This document shows positions 19,887-31,353 of a stretch of 64,000 nt of DNA, one piece after another. Numbering within the stretch: position 1 is the stretch's first letter; each line of letters begins with the position of its first letter. This DNA comes from an uncultured virus (IMG/VR IMGVR_UViG_3300033155_000850) (taxonomy: Duplodnaviria; Heunggongvirae; Uroviricota; Caudoviricetes), in IMG/VR virus record IMGVR_UViG_3300033155_000850; one strand, 5' to 3'. A program made the position numbers and the translations under genes. Below the pieces are notes generated by a model that did no database searches, was not told where the DNA came from, and saw only the letters and a list, made by a program, of their open reading frames with translations.

Positions 19887-22800
19887 ATCTAACTTATTTA
19901 GTGAAGATGTTATGGAGGCATTCGTTCCTTCAGGCATGTCTATACGTGAAATAATTGGAAATGAATTCGATAATTACGCTGTTACTTTAAATAGTGATAT
20001 TATTTCTGCGGATAATTGGGCTACTACGTTTGTAGATACTTTCGATGTATTGACTATAGTTAAAGTACCTGCTGGCGATGATGAAAATGCATTAAAACGT
20101 TTCATATTGGTTATAGTAGTATTGATAATTGCATACTATGCTGGACCAGCTGCCGCCGAAGTAATTGGTGGTACCGCTGAATTTTGGACGTCTGCAATAG
20201 CGTTTGTAGGTACAGTGGTAATAAATTTAGTATTACCACCTTTAATGCCAGATGTGACTGATGGAGCCAGTAAAAGATTAAATTCATTAACAGGTACTAG
20301 AAACTCATTCGCTCCATTTGAACCCATACCTATTTTATACGGTAAACATAGACTGTATCCACCTATAGCCGCATTTCCATATACAGAAGTTATAGGTACG
20401 GATCAATATTTACACATGTTATACTGTGTAGGTTTGGGTACGTATGCTATAGATTCCACTACTATGAAGATAGGGGATACTCCAGCGTCTGAATTTGAAG
20501 GTGTAGATATAGAAATTACTGATCAACCACTTCAGCCAGATATATTCGAGTTACAACAGGCTTTAGTATTTAATCAAGATGCTACACCTGGAGATGAGTT
20601 TACTCGTACCACTGCAGCAGATACAGATACTATAGGGGTTGATTTTGTATTTCCGGGCGGACTAGTAAAAATAGATCAAGAAGATGGCGAAGAAAAACAT
20701 GTACAAATACATTTCAGTGTAGATTTTAGAATATCCGGAAGTGCAGATCCATGGGTTAGTGTTAATACTCTTGACTGGGAAGAAGATACGAACGGCAGGC
20801 TATTAATTGTTGGAGGGTTAAATAATATAACCACTACAGGTAATCCACCTATTAAATCGTCTTCTTACGGTTCTTTACGTGTATCTGGAGTAAATTCTGA
20901 TTGGATCGCAGTAACTAGTAGAAGTAGAGACCCATTGAGATCCGGTTTTACGTTTAGTCCAGCAACTAGGGATACTTGGGACATACGAATAATTCGTCAA
21001 CAGACTAATATAATGGGTGGAGCCGCTGTTACTAGTCTTGACGATATATGGATAGAGATAGCTTCATCTGTAGCATGGACAGCCTTACGAAGTACTAAAT
21101 ATGAAGTAGGTGTATCTATTGGGCCGAATATAGCTACTTTTATAAAGGTACGTATTAGGGCTACTGATCAATTGAACGGTATTATAGATTCATTTAATCT
21201 TATTGCTGAAAAAGAGTTACGTACTTGGGATAAAACAGGTCAAACATTTACTGCGCCCGCAGCTACTAGGGATCCAGCGTGGGCTTATTTAGATATATTA
21301 ACTGGTTTAGGCAACGCTCGTCCTATCACTAACGAGAGTAAATACATATGGCTAGATGAATTATCTGATTGGGCTACAGCTAATGCTTCAGGTGGTAGAT
21401 TCTATGATGAAGTTGTAGACTATCGTACATCTGTATTTAGTGCATTAACTATAGCTTGTGGAGTAGGTAGAGCGTCATTATCTACTAGAGATGGTAAGTG
21501 GACGGTTGTATTAGAACAAGCATCACCTACCCCTGTTCAATTTTTTACGCCAAGAAATAGTTGGAATTTTAGCTCTGTTAAACGATTTGTTAATTTTCCA
21601 CACGCATTTAAAATACGATTCAATGCTGAAGACTCTGATTATCAAGAAGATGAGGTAATAGTATATGATGATGGATTTAATGTGGGTAATGCTGTTGATT
21701 TTGAAGTTATACAATTACAAGGTATAACAGATTCAGATCAAGCTTGGCGTACAGGTAAATATACTTTAGCTGCATTAAGACTTAGACCAGAAATATATAC
21801 ATTTAATTCTGACATAGAGCATATAGTAGCTCAGCGTGGTGATCATGTATTAGCATCTCATGATATACCTCTTTGGGGTAATAGTTACGGTCGTATTAAG
21901 GACATATCTGGTAATGTGGTAACTACGGATGAATCTGTCGATTTGGATGGAGGTACTACATATGTAATGCGTATACGATTAGATGACGGTACATCAGTCA
22001 TAGAAAATCTAACTTTACAGGGCGGGACTGATATATCTAGTCATACGTTTACTCCGTCTATACCTACTGGGGTACAAATCGGTGACCTATATATGATAGG
22101 TGAAGTAGGTTCCGAAACCCAGGAGTTGGTTATAATTTCTGTAGAACCTACTAAGGACCTTTCAGCTAGAATTACGTGTGTGGACCACGACCCAGCTATA
22201 TTGACAGCGGATGATGGAACACCTCCAGTATTTAGCCCTAATATAACTTTACCTATAGATCCTACTCAATTAAGACCGGCACCACCTTTTAACATTACTG
22301 CTAATAGTGATCAAATAGTACATACAGTCGATGGAGCAGGAACATTAAATCCACGTATAGCTGTTAGTTGGGACTTACCTTCTAATTCTAGTGAACGTTG
22401 GCCTGCACTAAGAGCCGAAATTAGATGGAGAGAATATGATGTAACTGTAAACAGCGGAGATGCTGGTACATGGGTTGTAATATTTATACAAAATTCTTTT
22501 CAGGGTTTTGGCATAGTAGAAGATATAAATGTAGGGGTTGAATATGAGATTCAAGTTCGCAGTACTACAGAATATGATATACCTTCTTTATGGAGTGGCG
22601 CTATATTACACACTGTAGGTGGAGCTACTAGACTACCTCCAGCTGTGGACAGCGTAGTTACTAGTGATGAATTTGGAGGAGTAGAAGTAGATGTAGATTT
22701 TACGTCCTTAATAACTCGTACGGGTTCATATCTAGAAATAGCATATGGAACTGTAAATGATAGAAATGATGGTGGAACAGTTATACGACCATTTCCAATA

Positions 22801-25800
22801 CCTAGAAATTTAACAGATATAACCACATTAAAGTTTTTTCTTCCATTTACTAATACTACTGCTAGGTATTTTTGGGCTAGATTAGTAGATATATATGGAT
22901 CTCAATCCACATGGATTCCATCTTCTGCTACAGCGGGAATACTCGGTACTCCTAAACAAGCAGTAGCTACTTTTTACTATATAAAAGCTATAGCTGGTAC
23001 AGCCATAAAAAATGGATCCGGTCAATTAACTGTAGAAGCTCATAAAGTAGATGGAGCTAGTGATATATTACTATCTTCTGGAACTATACAACTGTTCGAT
23101 CCGGGTAATAATATAGTTAATGTGGCTAATGGCTATGTAACTGGATCAGACGGATATACTGGTATACTGGATTCTGGAGATATAACTTCTGAGATAGTTA
23201 TTACTCTTAAAGACGGTGCTGGCGGAACAGTTCTAGATACTATAACACTGGTAGATATAGATGATGGGGCTGACTCTGTTTATGGGTATATAGAAGCTGT
23301 ATCTACACTAGCTTGGGTTAGAGGTCCAAACAACGGAGCTTGGGAACCTCTAGCTACATCTACGAATCTAGATGTTACTATAGTTAAAGGTGGTACTGAT
23401 CAGGCTAGATGGTCTAGACAGATAGATAGAGCCAGTGACGGTCTATTGACGGATGGTGGAGCGACTAATCATGTTAGTACTAATTTAAATACGTCAACTA
23501 TAACACCTACAGTTACTGTATCTGGAAATATCGTAAATGTTCAGTATGACTATTTATCCGGTAGCGATGTAGTTAGTGTATCAGAATCAGTTCATTCTGT
23601 TTTAGGAGGAGCTGGGGCTCAATTTTACTATATAAAACCAATAGACGGTACGGCAATTAAGAACGGATCGGGTCAATTAACTATAGAGGCTCATAAAGTA
23701 GAGGGTTTAGTAGATACATTACTTTCTTCAGGTACAATACAGTTATTCGATCCAGGCGATAATATAGTAAATGTTGCCAATGGTTATGTAACTGGGTCAG
23801 ACGGATATACAGGTATATTAGATTCAGGTGATATTAATGGTGACATAGTAATTACTCTTAAAGATGGTGTCGCAGGTGCTGCATTAGATACTATAACGTT
23901 AGTTGATGTAACCGATGGATTAGATTCAGTTAGTGGGTATATAGAGCCGGAAAACGGTCTAGCTTGGAGACGTGAGGGTACTGATGGAGCCTGGACACCG
24001 TCTCAATTAACTACTGATCTTGATGTTACATTCGTTCAAGGGGGTTCAGATGTAGCGCGTCAAGGCTATAGACTAACCCTTAATAGTACTGATGGGATTA
24101 TAACGGGTACTGTCACAACACACCCGTTATCAGACCTTAATACGTCTCGTATAACTATAACACCTACTGGATCTGGTAGTACTACGGTTTCAGTCAAGTT
24201 TGACTATACTTTTTCCGGTGATGATGCATCGGTATCTGAAACAGTGTTTTCTGTTACAGGCGGTGGTACCGGATTACCTGGTCAATTTACATCATTAGAT
24301 TATGATGATTTAGATACTACACAACTAGCTGCTGGCCAAAGTAGATATGCTATGTTGACAGATGTAGGCGACAATACTACTGGTAGTCAAAATAATTTTC
24401 ATCTTACTGATGGTATATTGATTAATAAGAAAGATATAGATGGAATTAACTATGCTCTTTTGTTTAGTGAAGTTAGAGAAGGGGACAGAATCGTATACAA
24501 AATATCTAATACTAGATGGTTTATCTTTAGTGTAGTTACTACGTTCATTACAATTGGTACAGGTGTAACAGAGGCGTATAAATTTGGAGTAGTATTAGAT
24601 GATTCATTAGATCCAGACCCTACAGCAAATATTTCTACAGCCGCTGGTACTGATGTAAAATTTGAAATATATAGATCACAGTGGGATGTAGATCAAACCG
24701 CTGTTATAGACCCAGACTTTGATCGTACTCCGATAGGTGCTAGTTCTATACCTATGCAATTTACTGATAACGGAATCGCTCCTGATATAATAGATTTCGA
24801 TCATTCTTTTCCAGGTAATAGCACATTTTGGTACGCTACACAAGAAATGGTTGCTAACGGTAGTACGGATGTTAGCCCTGTTTATACCCCAGCCACCGTG
24901 GTTGTAGAGAGTAACGGTGTAAATAGTTCAAATTCCGTAAAAATGAAACTTGGGCCTGTTAGTGCTACGGGTGCTTCAGATTATGTACAGTCTATAATAT
25001 TAACCCATCTTCACAGATTTAGGTCTAATTCAGGCGAATTTAATATAAAGATTAGAGCCAGAAACCAGTATACAGCTCTTAGTTCTGTATTTATAGAGAT
25101 ATACGGTTATTCAGAAGCTCGTAGTACTAGTATTATAGATACAGCTAGTGCAACACTCCAAATTCCAGCTAGTACTACTACTTGGACGGAATATAGTTTA
25201 AAGACCTTTAACGGTACATCAAATCCATCTGCCCAGTATTGGGAAGTTACTATTAGAATGGTCGATATAGAGAGTATACCGTATTCTTCTGGAAATGGTA
25301 ATCTATATGAAATGGAGTTTGACTCTATATTTGTAGATCAAATAATTAAAGATTTTGGTGAAACAGTCATAGCCAGTAAGGTAGAATCTGGATTAGTTCC
25401 AAAAGCTTTGTCTTCTGACGCCTCTAAATATTTACAAGGCGATGGTACGTGGAGTGATCCGCCTGGAGGTTCAGCATCAGATTCTTTCAAAACCCATACT
25501 GTTACAGATACTGATTCAGGATATTCATGGTCTGCTACAGGGTCTATTATAGCGGATTCTACTACGGATATTTTAACTTGGGTTTCTGGTAATGGTATAA
25601 ATATAGATGCTGATTCTGCTAGCGATGCTATTCGTATAACCCTTGGATCACATAATCACTCTGCTGTAGATATTACATCTGGAATTTTAGATGTAGCTAG
25701 AGGTGGTACTAATATAGGGTCATATGCTATAGGTGATATATTATATGCGTCAGCTTCAGGTGTATTATCTAAATTAGCGGTAGGTACTGATACTCACGTA

Positions 25801-28800
25801 CTAACTTTATCCAGTGGATTACCTGTATGGGTTGCACCCTCAAGTGGTTATACTCATCCTAATCATTCGGGTGATGTGACTTCTGTAGGGGACGGTGCAC
25901 AGACTATTGTTATAGATGCAGTCACTTATGCCAAAATGCAGAATGTAATTGCTGATAATAGAATTCTAGGTAATATAGCTGGAGCAGGTGGGATAGTTGC
26001 TGAATTAACCGCTACTCAAGTTCGTACTCTAATTAATGTTGAGGACGGTTCTACAGCAGATCAAACCGCTGGAGAAATCGAGGCAATTGTAAGTCACGAT
26101 AATCTAGTTGATTTTGTCTCGCAAGAACATATACGTTGGGATTTAACTGGTGCCGAAGATGTTCATGCTGATAGATTCGGTGGTGGAGCTAATTTTGCAG
26201 ATACAGTATTAGATAGACCTAGATTCAGTGATTTCGCTACTAAACACCAAGCTGTGGCTGCAATAGCTACTACAGTTATAAGTTATTCAGCAGGTCAATC
26301 AGTCGCTCTTACTATGGGCGCTGTTAATATAAGTACCTTGACCATTAATAGTTGGCCTGCTACCGGTTGGCGTGGTGACATGGAAATAGAAATAATCCAA
26401 AACACTACGCCTCGCACAATCAACTGGTCAGGAGCCAATGTTGAATGGGTAAATGGGGTTCCTCCAGATTTATCGACTGCATCCGAACGCTATATCATAC
26501 ATCTATCTACACGTGATAGTGCTACTGTAGTTATCGGTTCATATGCATCAGATAGTTCGATAGGTGTAGTATCAGTATTTGGTCGTAGCGGTGCTGTAAT
26601 TGCTTTACAAGCTGATTATGATTCATTCTTTTTAACACCCGCTGAAGGTGATGCTGCTTACTCCTTGCTTGGTCATATTCATGATGTATTCGATAGAGCA
26701 ACATCTGTTTTATCCGGTGCAAATGTATTTAGTAATATAGTTGTCACAGATGGTATAGTAACAGCTATTGCTACTCGTGCATTAACTGCTAGCGATGTAG
26801 GGGCCGCAACATCTGGACATTCTCATGTTCCTGCAGATGTAACTTTTGCAGCAACTGATCGTTTCTTAGGTAGAGATACAACTGGTGGCGGTGCTGGTGA
26901 GGAATTAACGGCTGCAGCTGCTCGTGCTATTTTAAACGTTGAAGACGGTTCTACGGCAGATCAGACTTCCATTGTTGGTATTACAGGCACTAAAGCTCAA
27001 TTCGATATTGCTGTTACGGATGGTAATATTGTGTATGTGGGTGGAGCATTCCATGATGGATTCTCAGACTTTGTGGATAATGAACATATAGATTGGACTG
27101 CTGCAGCTGCCGGTATTATACATATAGATAATTACGTTGAAAATGTACCCACGTCTTTGAGTACAGGTACACGAACTTCAATTGCTTACGGTATTACTAG
27201 CGATGGTGGTGCGGATGATATTTCTCTTTTAGAGGCTACTACTAGTCTTGCGGGTTTATTAGGTTCTGCAAAGTGGGATGAAATTGTAGCTAATACCTTA
27301 AAAATTACGAATGCAAATCATACCGGTGATGTAACTGGAGCAACTGTTTTAACTATAGGAGCCCTTAAAATATCTACGGGTATGGTTCAAATTGATGCAA
27401 TTACTTATGCCAAGATACAGAATATAGTAGACGATGATAGAATTTTAGGCAATGTGGCTGGAGCAGGTGGAATAGTAACTGAACTCACTGCTACACAAGT
27501 TCGTACTATGATCAATGTAGCAGATGGAGCTACAGTAGATCAAACCTCCATAGTCGGTATTACAGGCACTAAAGCTCAATTCGATATTGCTGTTACGGAT
27601 GGTAATATCGTGTATGTGGGTGGAGCATTCCATGATGGATTCTCAGACTTTGTATCTCAAGAACATATACGTTGGGATTTAACTGGGGCTGAAGATGTCC
27701 ATGCTGATCGTTTTGCTAACGCTCCCGTTCAGTCAGTATTCGGACGTTCATCTACTGTCATAGCTGTAATCGGTGATTATGCCGCTATAGCAGAAATTTT
27801 TACAGTAAAACAAACATTTAAAGCTAGTACAACAGGGTCGGCTAGTATTAAGATACAAGAAGGTGTCGCCCCTACTACCCCAACCAATGGTGACATGTGG
27901 GTAACCGCAGCAGGTGAATTCTTTGCACGTCTTAATGGGGTAAGTGTCGATTTATCACTTGGCGCGGTTGATTCAGTATTTGGTAGAAGTGGGGCGGTTG
28001 TTGCGACCATAGGAGATTACGCCGCTATTGCAGAAGTCTATTCAGTCTTACAAACATTTAATGCTGGAATAAGCATGGCCGATTCGTTATTGGACCGTGC
28101 GCGATTAGGTGACTTTGCAATCAAGCATCAAGTGGTTGCTGCGATTGCTACAACTGTTATTAGCTATAGTGATGGTCAATCAGTACTATTGACGATGAGC
28201 GCGGTCAACATAGATACGTTGACACTAAATAATTGGCCAGCGACTGGGTGGCTCGGGCAGTACGAAATTGAAATTGCACAGGGAGCAACGCCACGCACTA
28301 TTACATGGCCTGGTGTTATTGAATGGGTAAATGGAGTTCCTCCAGATTTATCGACCGCGAATGAGACATACATAATTCATCTGTCGACGCGGGATAATGG
28401 TACAGGAATTATCGGATCATATGCCGCTGACAGTTCGGCGGGAGTCACTTCGGTATTCGGTCGATCCGGTGCGGTCGTCGCGCTACAGGCTGATTATGAT
28501 TCGTTTTTCCTGACACCGGCAGAAGGCGACGCGGCCTATTCGATGTTGAGTCATACCCACGACAGAATTTCTGTATTTGACAACAGGGCCGCAGGAGATG
28601 TAACGCCAGACGGTCTGCCAGATAAGACTATATATGCGACGTTTACCGACGATATCGTTGGAAGTGTAAATGTATGGGATGCAGTGATTAACGTAGCAGG
28701 TTGGGCCACTGGATACTCTGCTTGGCAGTTGATGTCAAATTCCGGAAATGATGGTGACGGTACAGATAGTTTGTATTTTAGACATGGCCAGACTACAACG

Positions 28801-29427
28801 TGGGGTGCGCTCCGTAAGATTTGGGATGACTCTCACTTTGATATCGCTGACTATACTCCGACATCTGGACTGAGTATTACTAATTGGAACACAGCTTACG
28901 GTTGGGGCGACCATGCTTCCGGTGGGTACGCGGATGCCGGGGGCGCTTTCCATGATAGTTTCTCTGACTTTATATCACAAGAACATATTAGATGGGATAA
29001 TACTGGCGCTGAAGATATTCATGCGGATCGATTAAGTAGTGGCGCCAATATGGCGGATTCTATACTGGATCGTCCACATATTAGTGATTTTGCTATCGAA
29101 GATCAAGTCGTAACAGGTATAGCCAGTACGACTATCAACTACAGTTCCGGTCAATCTGTTCAATTAAATTTAAGTGCTGCAAACATAACTACGTTAACCT
29201 TAAGTAATTGGCCGGCAACAGGTCGTTTAGGGCAAATAGAGATAGAGGTTACACAAGGGTCTACTCCTCGTACTGTAGCATGGGATACAGCGTTAACAGG
29301 GACTATTGATTGGGCTGGCGGAACTGGGCCAGATCTTAGTACAGCCAATGGTAAATTTCTAGTTATGTTACGAAGTCGTGATGCTTTAACTAGTATCATA
29401 GGGACATTTACGGAGAACTGTAGCTAA
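19813..29427 (+). CDS. Giant tail-tip/central fibre protein (gpI/gpJ-like, Fn3-like region, repeated C-terminal modules); start uncertain
   Basis: PIPILYGKHR, V.IRATDQLNG, .PAWAYLD.L, FTPRNSW; 3204 aa with internal duplications. Confidence 0.88.
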   Translation: MSGLIHQNGNLVLKDIIGTARVLAKSNLFSEDVMEAFVPSGMSIREIIGNEFDNYAVTLNSDIISADNWATTFVDTFDVLTIVKVPAGDDENALKRFILVIVVLIIAYYAGPAAAEVIGGTAEFWTSAIAFVGTVVINLVLPPLMPDVTDGASKRLNSLTGTRNSFAPFEPIPILYGKHRLYPPIAAFPYTEVIGTDQYLHMLYCVGLGTYAIDSTTMKIGDTPASEFEGVDIEITDQPLQPDIFELQQALVFNQDATPGDEFTRTTAADTDTIGVDFVFPGGLVKIDQEDGEEKHVQIHFSVDFRISGSADPWVSVNTLDWEEDTNGRLLIVGGLNNITTTGNPPIKSSSYGSLRVSGVNSDWIAVTSRSRDPLRSGFTFSPATRDTWDIRIIRQQTNIMGGAAVTSLDDIWIEIASSVAWTALRSTKYEVGVSIGPNIATFIKVRIRATDQLNGIIDSFNLIAEKELRTWDKTGQTFTAPAATRDPAWAYLDILTGLGNARPITNESKYIWLDELSDWATANASGGRFYDEVVDYRTSVFSALTIACGVGRASLSTRDGKWTVVLEQASPTPVQFFTPRNSWNFSSVKRFVNFPHAFKIRFNAEDSDYQEDEVIVYDDGFNVGNAVDFEVIQLQGITDSDQAWRTGKYTLAALRLRPEIYTFNSDIEHIVAQRGDHVLASHDIPLWGNSYGRIKDISGNVVTTDESVDLDGGTTYVMRIRLDDGTSVIENLTLQGGTDISSHTFTPSIPTGVQIGDLYMIGEVGSETQELVIISVEPTKDLSARITCVDHDPAILTADDGTPPVFSPNITLPIDPTQLRPAPPFNITANSDQIVHTVDGAGTLNPRIAVSWDLPSNSSERWPALRAEIRWREYDVTVNSGDAGTWVVIFIQNSFQGFGIVEDINVGVEYEIQVRSTTEYDIPSLWSGAILHTVGGATRLPPAVDSVVTSDEFGGVEVDVDFTSLITRTGSYLEIAYGTVNDRNDGGTVIRPFPIPRNLTDITTLKFFLPFTNTTARYFWARLVDIYGSQSTWIPSSATAGILGTPKQAVATFYYIKAIAGTAIKNGSGQLTVEAHKVDGASDILLSSGTIQLFDPGNNIVNVANGYVTGSDGYTGILDSGDITSEIVITLKDGAGGTVLDTITLVDIDDGADSVYGYIEAVSTLAWVRGPNNGAWEPLATSTNLDVTIVKGGTDQARWSRQIDRASDGLLTDGGATNHVSTNLNTSTITPTVTVSGNIVNVQYDYLSGSDVVSVSESVHSVLGGAGAQFYYIKPIDGTAIKNGSGQLTIEAHKVEGLVDTLLSSGTIQLFDPGDNIVNVANGYVTGSDGYTGILDSGDINGDIVITLKDGVAGAALDTITLVDVTDGLDSVSGYIEPENGLAWRREGTDGAWTPSQLTTDLDVTFVQGGSDVARQGYRLTLNSTDGIITGTVTTHPLSDLNTSRITITPTGSGSTTVSVKFDYTFSGDDASVSETVFSVTGGGTGLPGQFTSLDYDDLDTTQLAAGQSRYAMLTDVGDNTTGSQNNFHLTDGILINKKDIDGINYALLFSEVREGDRIVYKISNTRWFIFSVVTTFITIGTGVTEAYKFGVVLDDSLDPDPTANISTAAGTDVKFEIYRSQWDVDQTAVIDPDFDRTPIGASSIPMQFTDNGIAPDIIDFDHSFPGNSTFWYATQEMVANGSTDVSPVYTPATVVVESNGVNSSNSVKMKLGPVSATGASDYVQSIILTHLHRFRSNSGEFNIKIRARNQYTALSSVFIEIYGYSEARSTSIIDTASATLQIPASTTTWTEYSLKTFNGTSNPSAQYWEVTIRMVDIESIPYSSGNGNLYEMEFDSIFVDQIIKDFGETVIASKVESGLVPKALSSDASKYLQGDGTWSDPPGGSASDSFKTHTVTDTDSGYSWSATGSIIADSTTDILTWVSGNGINIDADSASDAIRITLGSHNHSAVDITSGILDVARGGTNIGSYAIGDILYASASGVLSKLAVGTDTHVLTLSSGLPVWVAPSSGYTHPNHSGDVTSVGDGAQTIVIDAVTYAKMQNVIADNRILGNIAGAGGIVAELTATQVRTLINVEDGSTADQTAGEIEAIVSHDNLVDFVSQEHIRWDLTGAEDVHADRFGGGANFADTVLDRPRFSDFATKHQAVAAIATTVISYSAGQSVALTMGAVNISTLTINSWPATGWRGDMEIEIIQNTTPRTINWSGANVEWVNGVPPDLSTASERYIIHLSTRDSATVVIGSYASDSSIGVVSVFGRSGAVIALQADYDSFFLTPAEGDAAYSLLGHIHDVFDRATSVLSGANVFSNIVVTDGIVTAIATRALTASDVGAATSGHSHVPADVTFAATDRFLGRDTTGGGAGEELTAAAARAILNVEDGSTADQTSIVGITGTKAQFDIAVTDGNIVYVGGAFHDGFSDFVDNEHIDWTAAAAGIIHIDNYVENVPTSLSTGTRTSIAYGITSDGGADDISLLEATTSLAGLLGSAKWDEIVANTLKITNANHTGDVTGATVLTIGALKISTGMVQIDAITYAKIQNIVDDDRILGNVAGAGGIVTELTATQVRTMINVADGATVDQTSIVGITGTKAQFDIAVTDGNIVYVGGAFHDGFSDFVSQEHIRWDLTGAEDVHADRFANAPVQSVFGRSSTVIAVIGDYAAIAEIFTVKQTFKASTTGSASIKIQEGVAPTTPTNGDMWVTAAGEFFARLNGVSVDLSLGAVDSVFGRSGAVVATIGDYAAIAEVYSVLQTFNAGISMADSLLDRARLGDFAIKHQVVAAIATTVISYSDGQSVLLTMSAVNIDTLTLNNWPATGWLGQYEIEIAQGATPRTITWPGVIEWVNGVPPDLSTANETYIIHLSTRDNGTGIIGSYAADSSAGVTSVFGRSGAVVALQADYDSFFLTPAEGDAAYSMLSHTHDRISVFDNRAAGDVTPDGLPDKTIYATFTDDIVGSVNVWDAVINVAGWATGYSAWQLMSNSGNDGDGTDSLYFRHGQTTTWGALRKIWDDSHFDIADYTPTSGLSITNWNTAYGWGDHASGGYADAGGAFHDSFSDFISQEHIRWDNTGAEDIHADRLSSGANMADSILDRPHISDFAIEDQVVTGIASTTINYSSGQSVQLNLSAANITTLTLSNWPATGRLGQIEIEVTQGSTPRTVAWDTALTGTIDWAGGTGPDLSTANGKFLVMLRSRDALTSIIGTFTENCS

Positions 29428-29894
29428 TGGGCCTCTTGCTTGGTGGACATATTTATCATGTAGTAAGTTCGGCAGGAACTGTGTCACTCAGTGGTACATC
29501 GGGATCGCCGAATTTGTCGACTGATATTGAAGACACACCTACTAATGCGCTCGCCGGTTGGCGGTTCGTTAATGATGGAAAAGTACAGCGGATCGTGTCT
29601 GACAGTTGGGCTGACTTTCAGGCCGGGGTTGAATGGATCGATATTTATGATGCGAACAATTGGATTAGGGCAACTCTTTCTTCTGGAGATTCGCCGAGCA
29701 CTGGCCCCTCTCTGAATACATGGCACCAATTAGACGTTCTTCGACAATGGGAGTGGATTGAGGGCAGTGACCCTGGAGGACAGGCGACGACATCAGGTAC
29801 GATTAAGGTTGAAATTTCAAGCTCAGGATCAGGCACACCGATTCTTGCCACCGGCTACTACAAGGGAACTGCAACGCAGTTTGGAACGCTATGA
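29427..29894 (+). CDS. Tail-fibre-associated protein
   Basis: Coupled TAATG start; Ser/Gly/Thr/Trp-rich. Confidence 0.65.
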   Translation: MGLLLGGHIYHVVSSAGTVSLSGTSGSPNLSTDIEDTPTNALAGWRFVNDGKVQRIVSDSWADFQAGVEWIDIYDANNWIRATLSSGDSPSTGPSLNTWHQLDVLRQWEWIEGSDPGGQATTSGTIKVEISSSGSGTPILATGYYKGTATQFGTL

Positions 29895-30379
29895 TTGAAG
29901 CAACCGTTTTAACAATTCCGAGGTCGGGGACTCATTTCATAATGTATTTTTTGCTCGTGCAGCTCGGGATCGTCGCTAGATATGCACATATACGACCGAG
30001 GAACGAGGCTCGCATCAGTGCTTTTCTTGATGGCCCACCACAACCGATAATTGTCACAACCCCGAACGTGGATACCATAAAACAATCGATAAATTCAGGT
30101 GGCTTGCCGGAACTCGATGCATGGGTCGATGATTGCATAGCGACACAGGAACGATTGACGCAGAAGTTGCGAGCCGCGGGTGCCTTGCCGTTTAATGTCG
30201 TAAAGAATGTAAATAGTGAGAACCAATTGCGGGATATTGCTGTTGCTGTCGGTGTACCGTGGAACTCTGACCTTGATAGCTTTCTAATAGAGTGGCCTTC
30301 AATGGGAGTAACGCACACAGGGTTGCGTATGACTGCATTAAAAACTATCATCACCGACGAACATCGAGGTATTAGCTAG
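29891..30379 (+). CDS. Sulfotransferase-like P-loop protein
   Basis: N-terminal VLTIPRSGTHF resembles the 5'-PAPS-binding PRSGT loop. Confidence 0.5.
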   Translation: MIEATVLTIPRSGTHFIMYFLLVQLGIVARYAHIRPRNEARISAFLDGPPQPIIVTTPNVDTIKQSINSGGLPELDAWVDDCIATQERLTQKLRAAGALPFNVVKNVNSENQLRDIAVAVGVPWNSDLDSFLIEWPSMGVTHTGLRMTALKTIITDEHRGIS

Positions 30380-30498
30380 TGAAATAATTTGAGGTAGAAG
30401 ATGACATAACAAGTTATTAAAGTAATTACCGTTAAATTTGAATAGTGGACAAATGAAGGTTATTATATTTAAAACCGAACCTGTAAAACTAACTGATA

Positions 30499-31353
30499 TT
30501 GATAATGGAGGGAATAAAGGTGAGTCTGAAGCATAGATCGAGAAATCTATGGTTTTTAGTCGTTATAGCTATCGGCATAATGTGTTTTATGCCTGTAACT
30601 TACTCTGAAGATCATGACTGTACTCAACCTCATGAGCAGTGTGGACATGGTGATGAGGATAACGATGGTAGTATAGATGTCAACTCAAATATAATAGTGA
30701 GTCCTGAAACTACGTCTATAACAAATGAGGCTAAGCGTGCTCCTAATAACTATCTTGTAATGCAAAATCAAGTAGAGTCATGTGGTAGGACCTTCGGACT
30801 ATCTGGCTCTAACACGTCAGGTGGTTGGGCTTTAGGTATTCCTATACCTAGATCATGGACTCCTATGTGTGATCTATGGAGGGCGTCTGAAGAAGCTCAG
30901 CAGAACGGTCATATATTTACTAGTTACATGTTTCAATGTAGTATACGAGCTATTCGTAAAGTTTGGGGTCGTGATAAGTGTGCTGATTTTGAACGTAGGG
31001 CTCTTATAGAACTAGGTTTCGAAGTAGATGATTCGGATGCTACCAGTCTATATAATGAGGAGGCTCAATCTTACGGAGTATGGTTATCTAACTATAATTA
31101 TGATCAATTACTACTAGCTCAGGTTCAACAAGAAGAGTTAGATAGTGCAATTGAACAAGCTGAAAATAGATATTCTCAACAACAATCTTTAAATGATGAA
31201 TTATTGAAAGAACGTGATTCTGATGAAAATGAAATTAAGCGATTAAAAAAAGAGATTAATAAACAAGAAGAACGAAATAATAAAGAGTCCTTACGTCGTG
31301 CTGCCGCTAGAGAAGCCTTAAAAAAAGATGATTTAATTGAGGAGCAAGACTAA
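30499..31353 (+). CDS. Exported or membrane-anchored Cys-containing protein with coiled-coil tail
   Basis: N-terminal hydrophobic helix; several Cys. Confidence 0.6.
   Translation: MIMEGIKVSLKHRSRNLWFLVVIAIGIMCFMPVTYSEDHDCTQPHEQCGHGDEDNDGSIDVNSNIIVSPETTSITNEAKRAPNNYLVMQNQVESCGRTFGLSGSNTSGGWALGIPIPRSWTPMCDLWRASEEAQQNGHIFTSYMFQCSIRAIRKVWGRDKCADFERRALIELGFEVDDSDATSLYNEEAQSYGVWLSNYNYDQLLLAQVQQEELDSAIEQAENRYSQQQSLNDELLKERDSDENEIKRLKKEINKQEERNNKESLRRAAAREALKKDDLIEEQD

Noticed and set aside
26977..27653. Diversity-generating retroelement TR/VR pair
   Set aside because: No reverse transcriptase in the window; the single mismatch is T/C, not at adenine; both copies are in-frame coding
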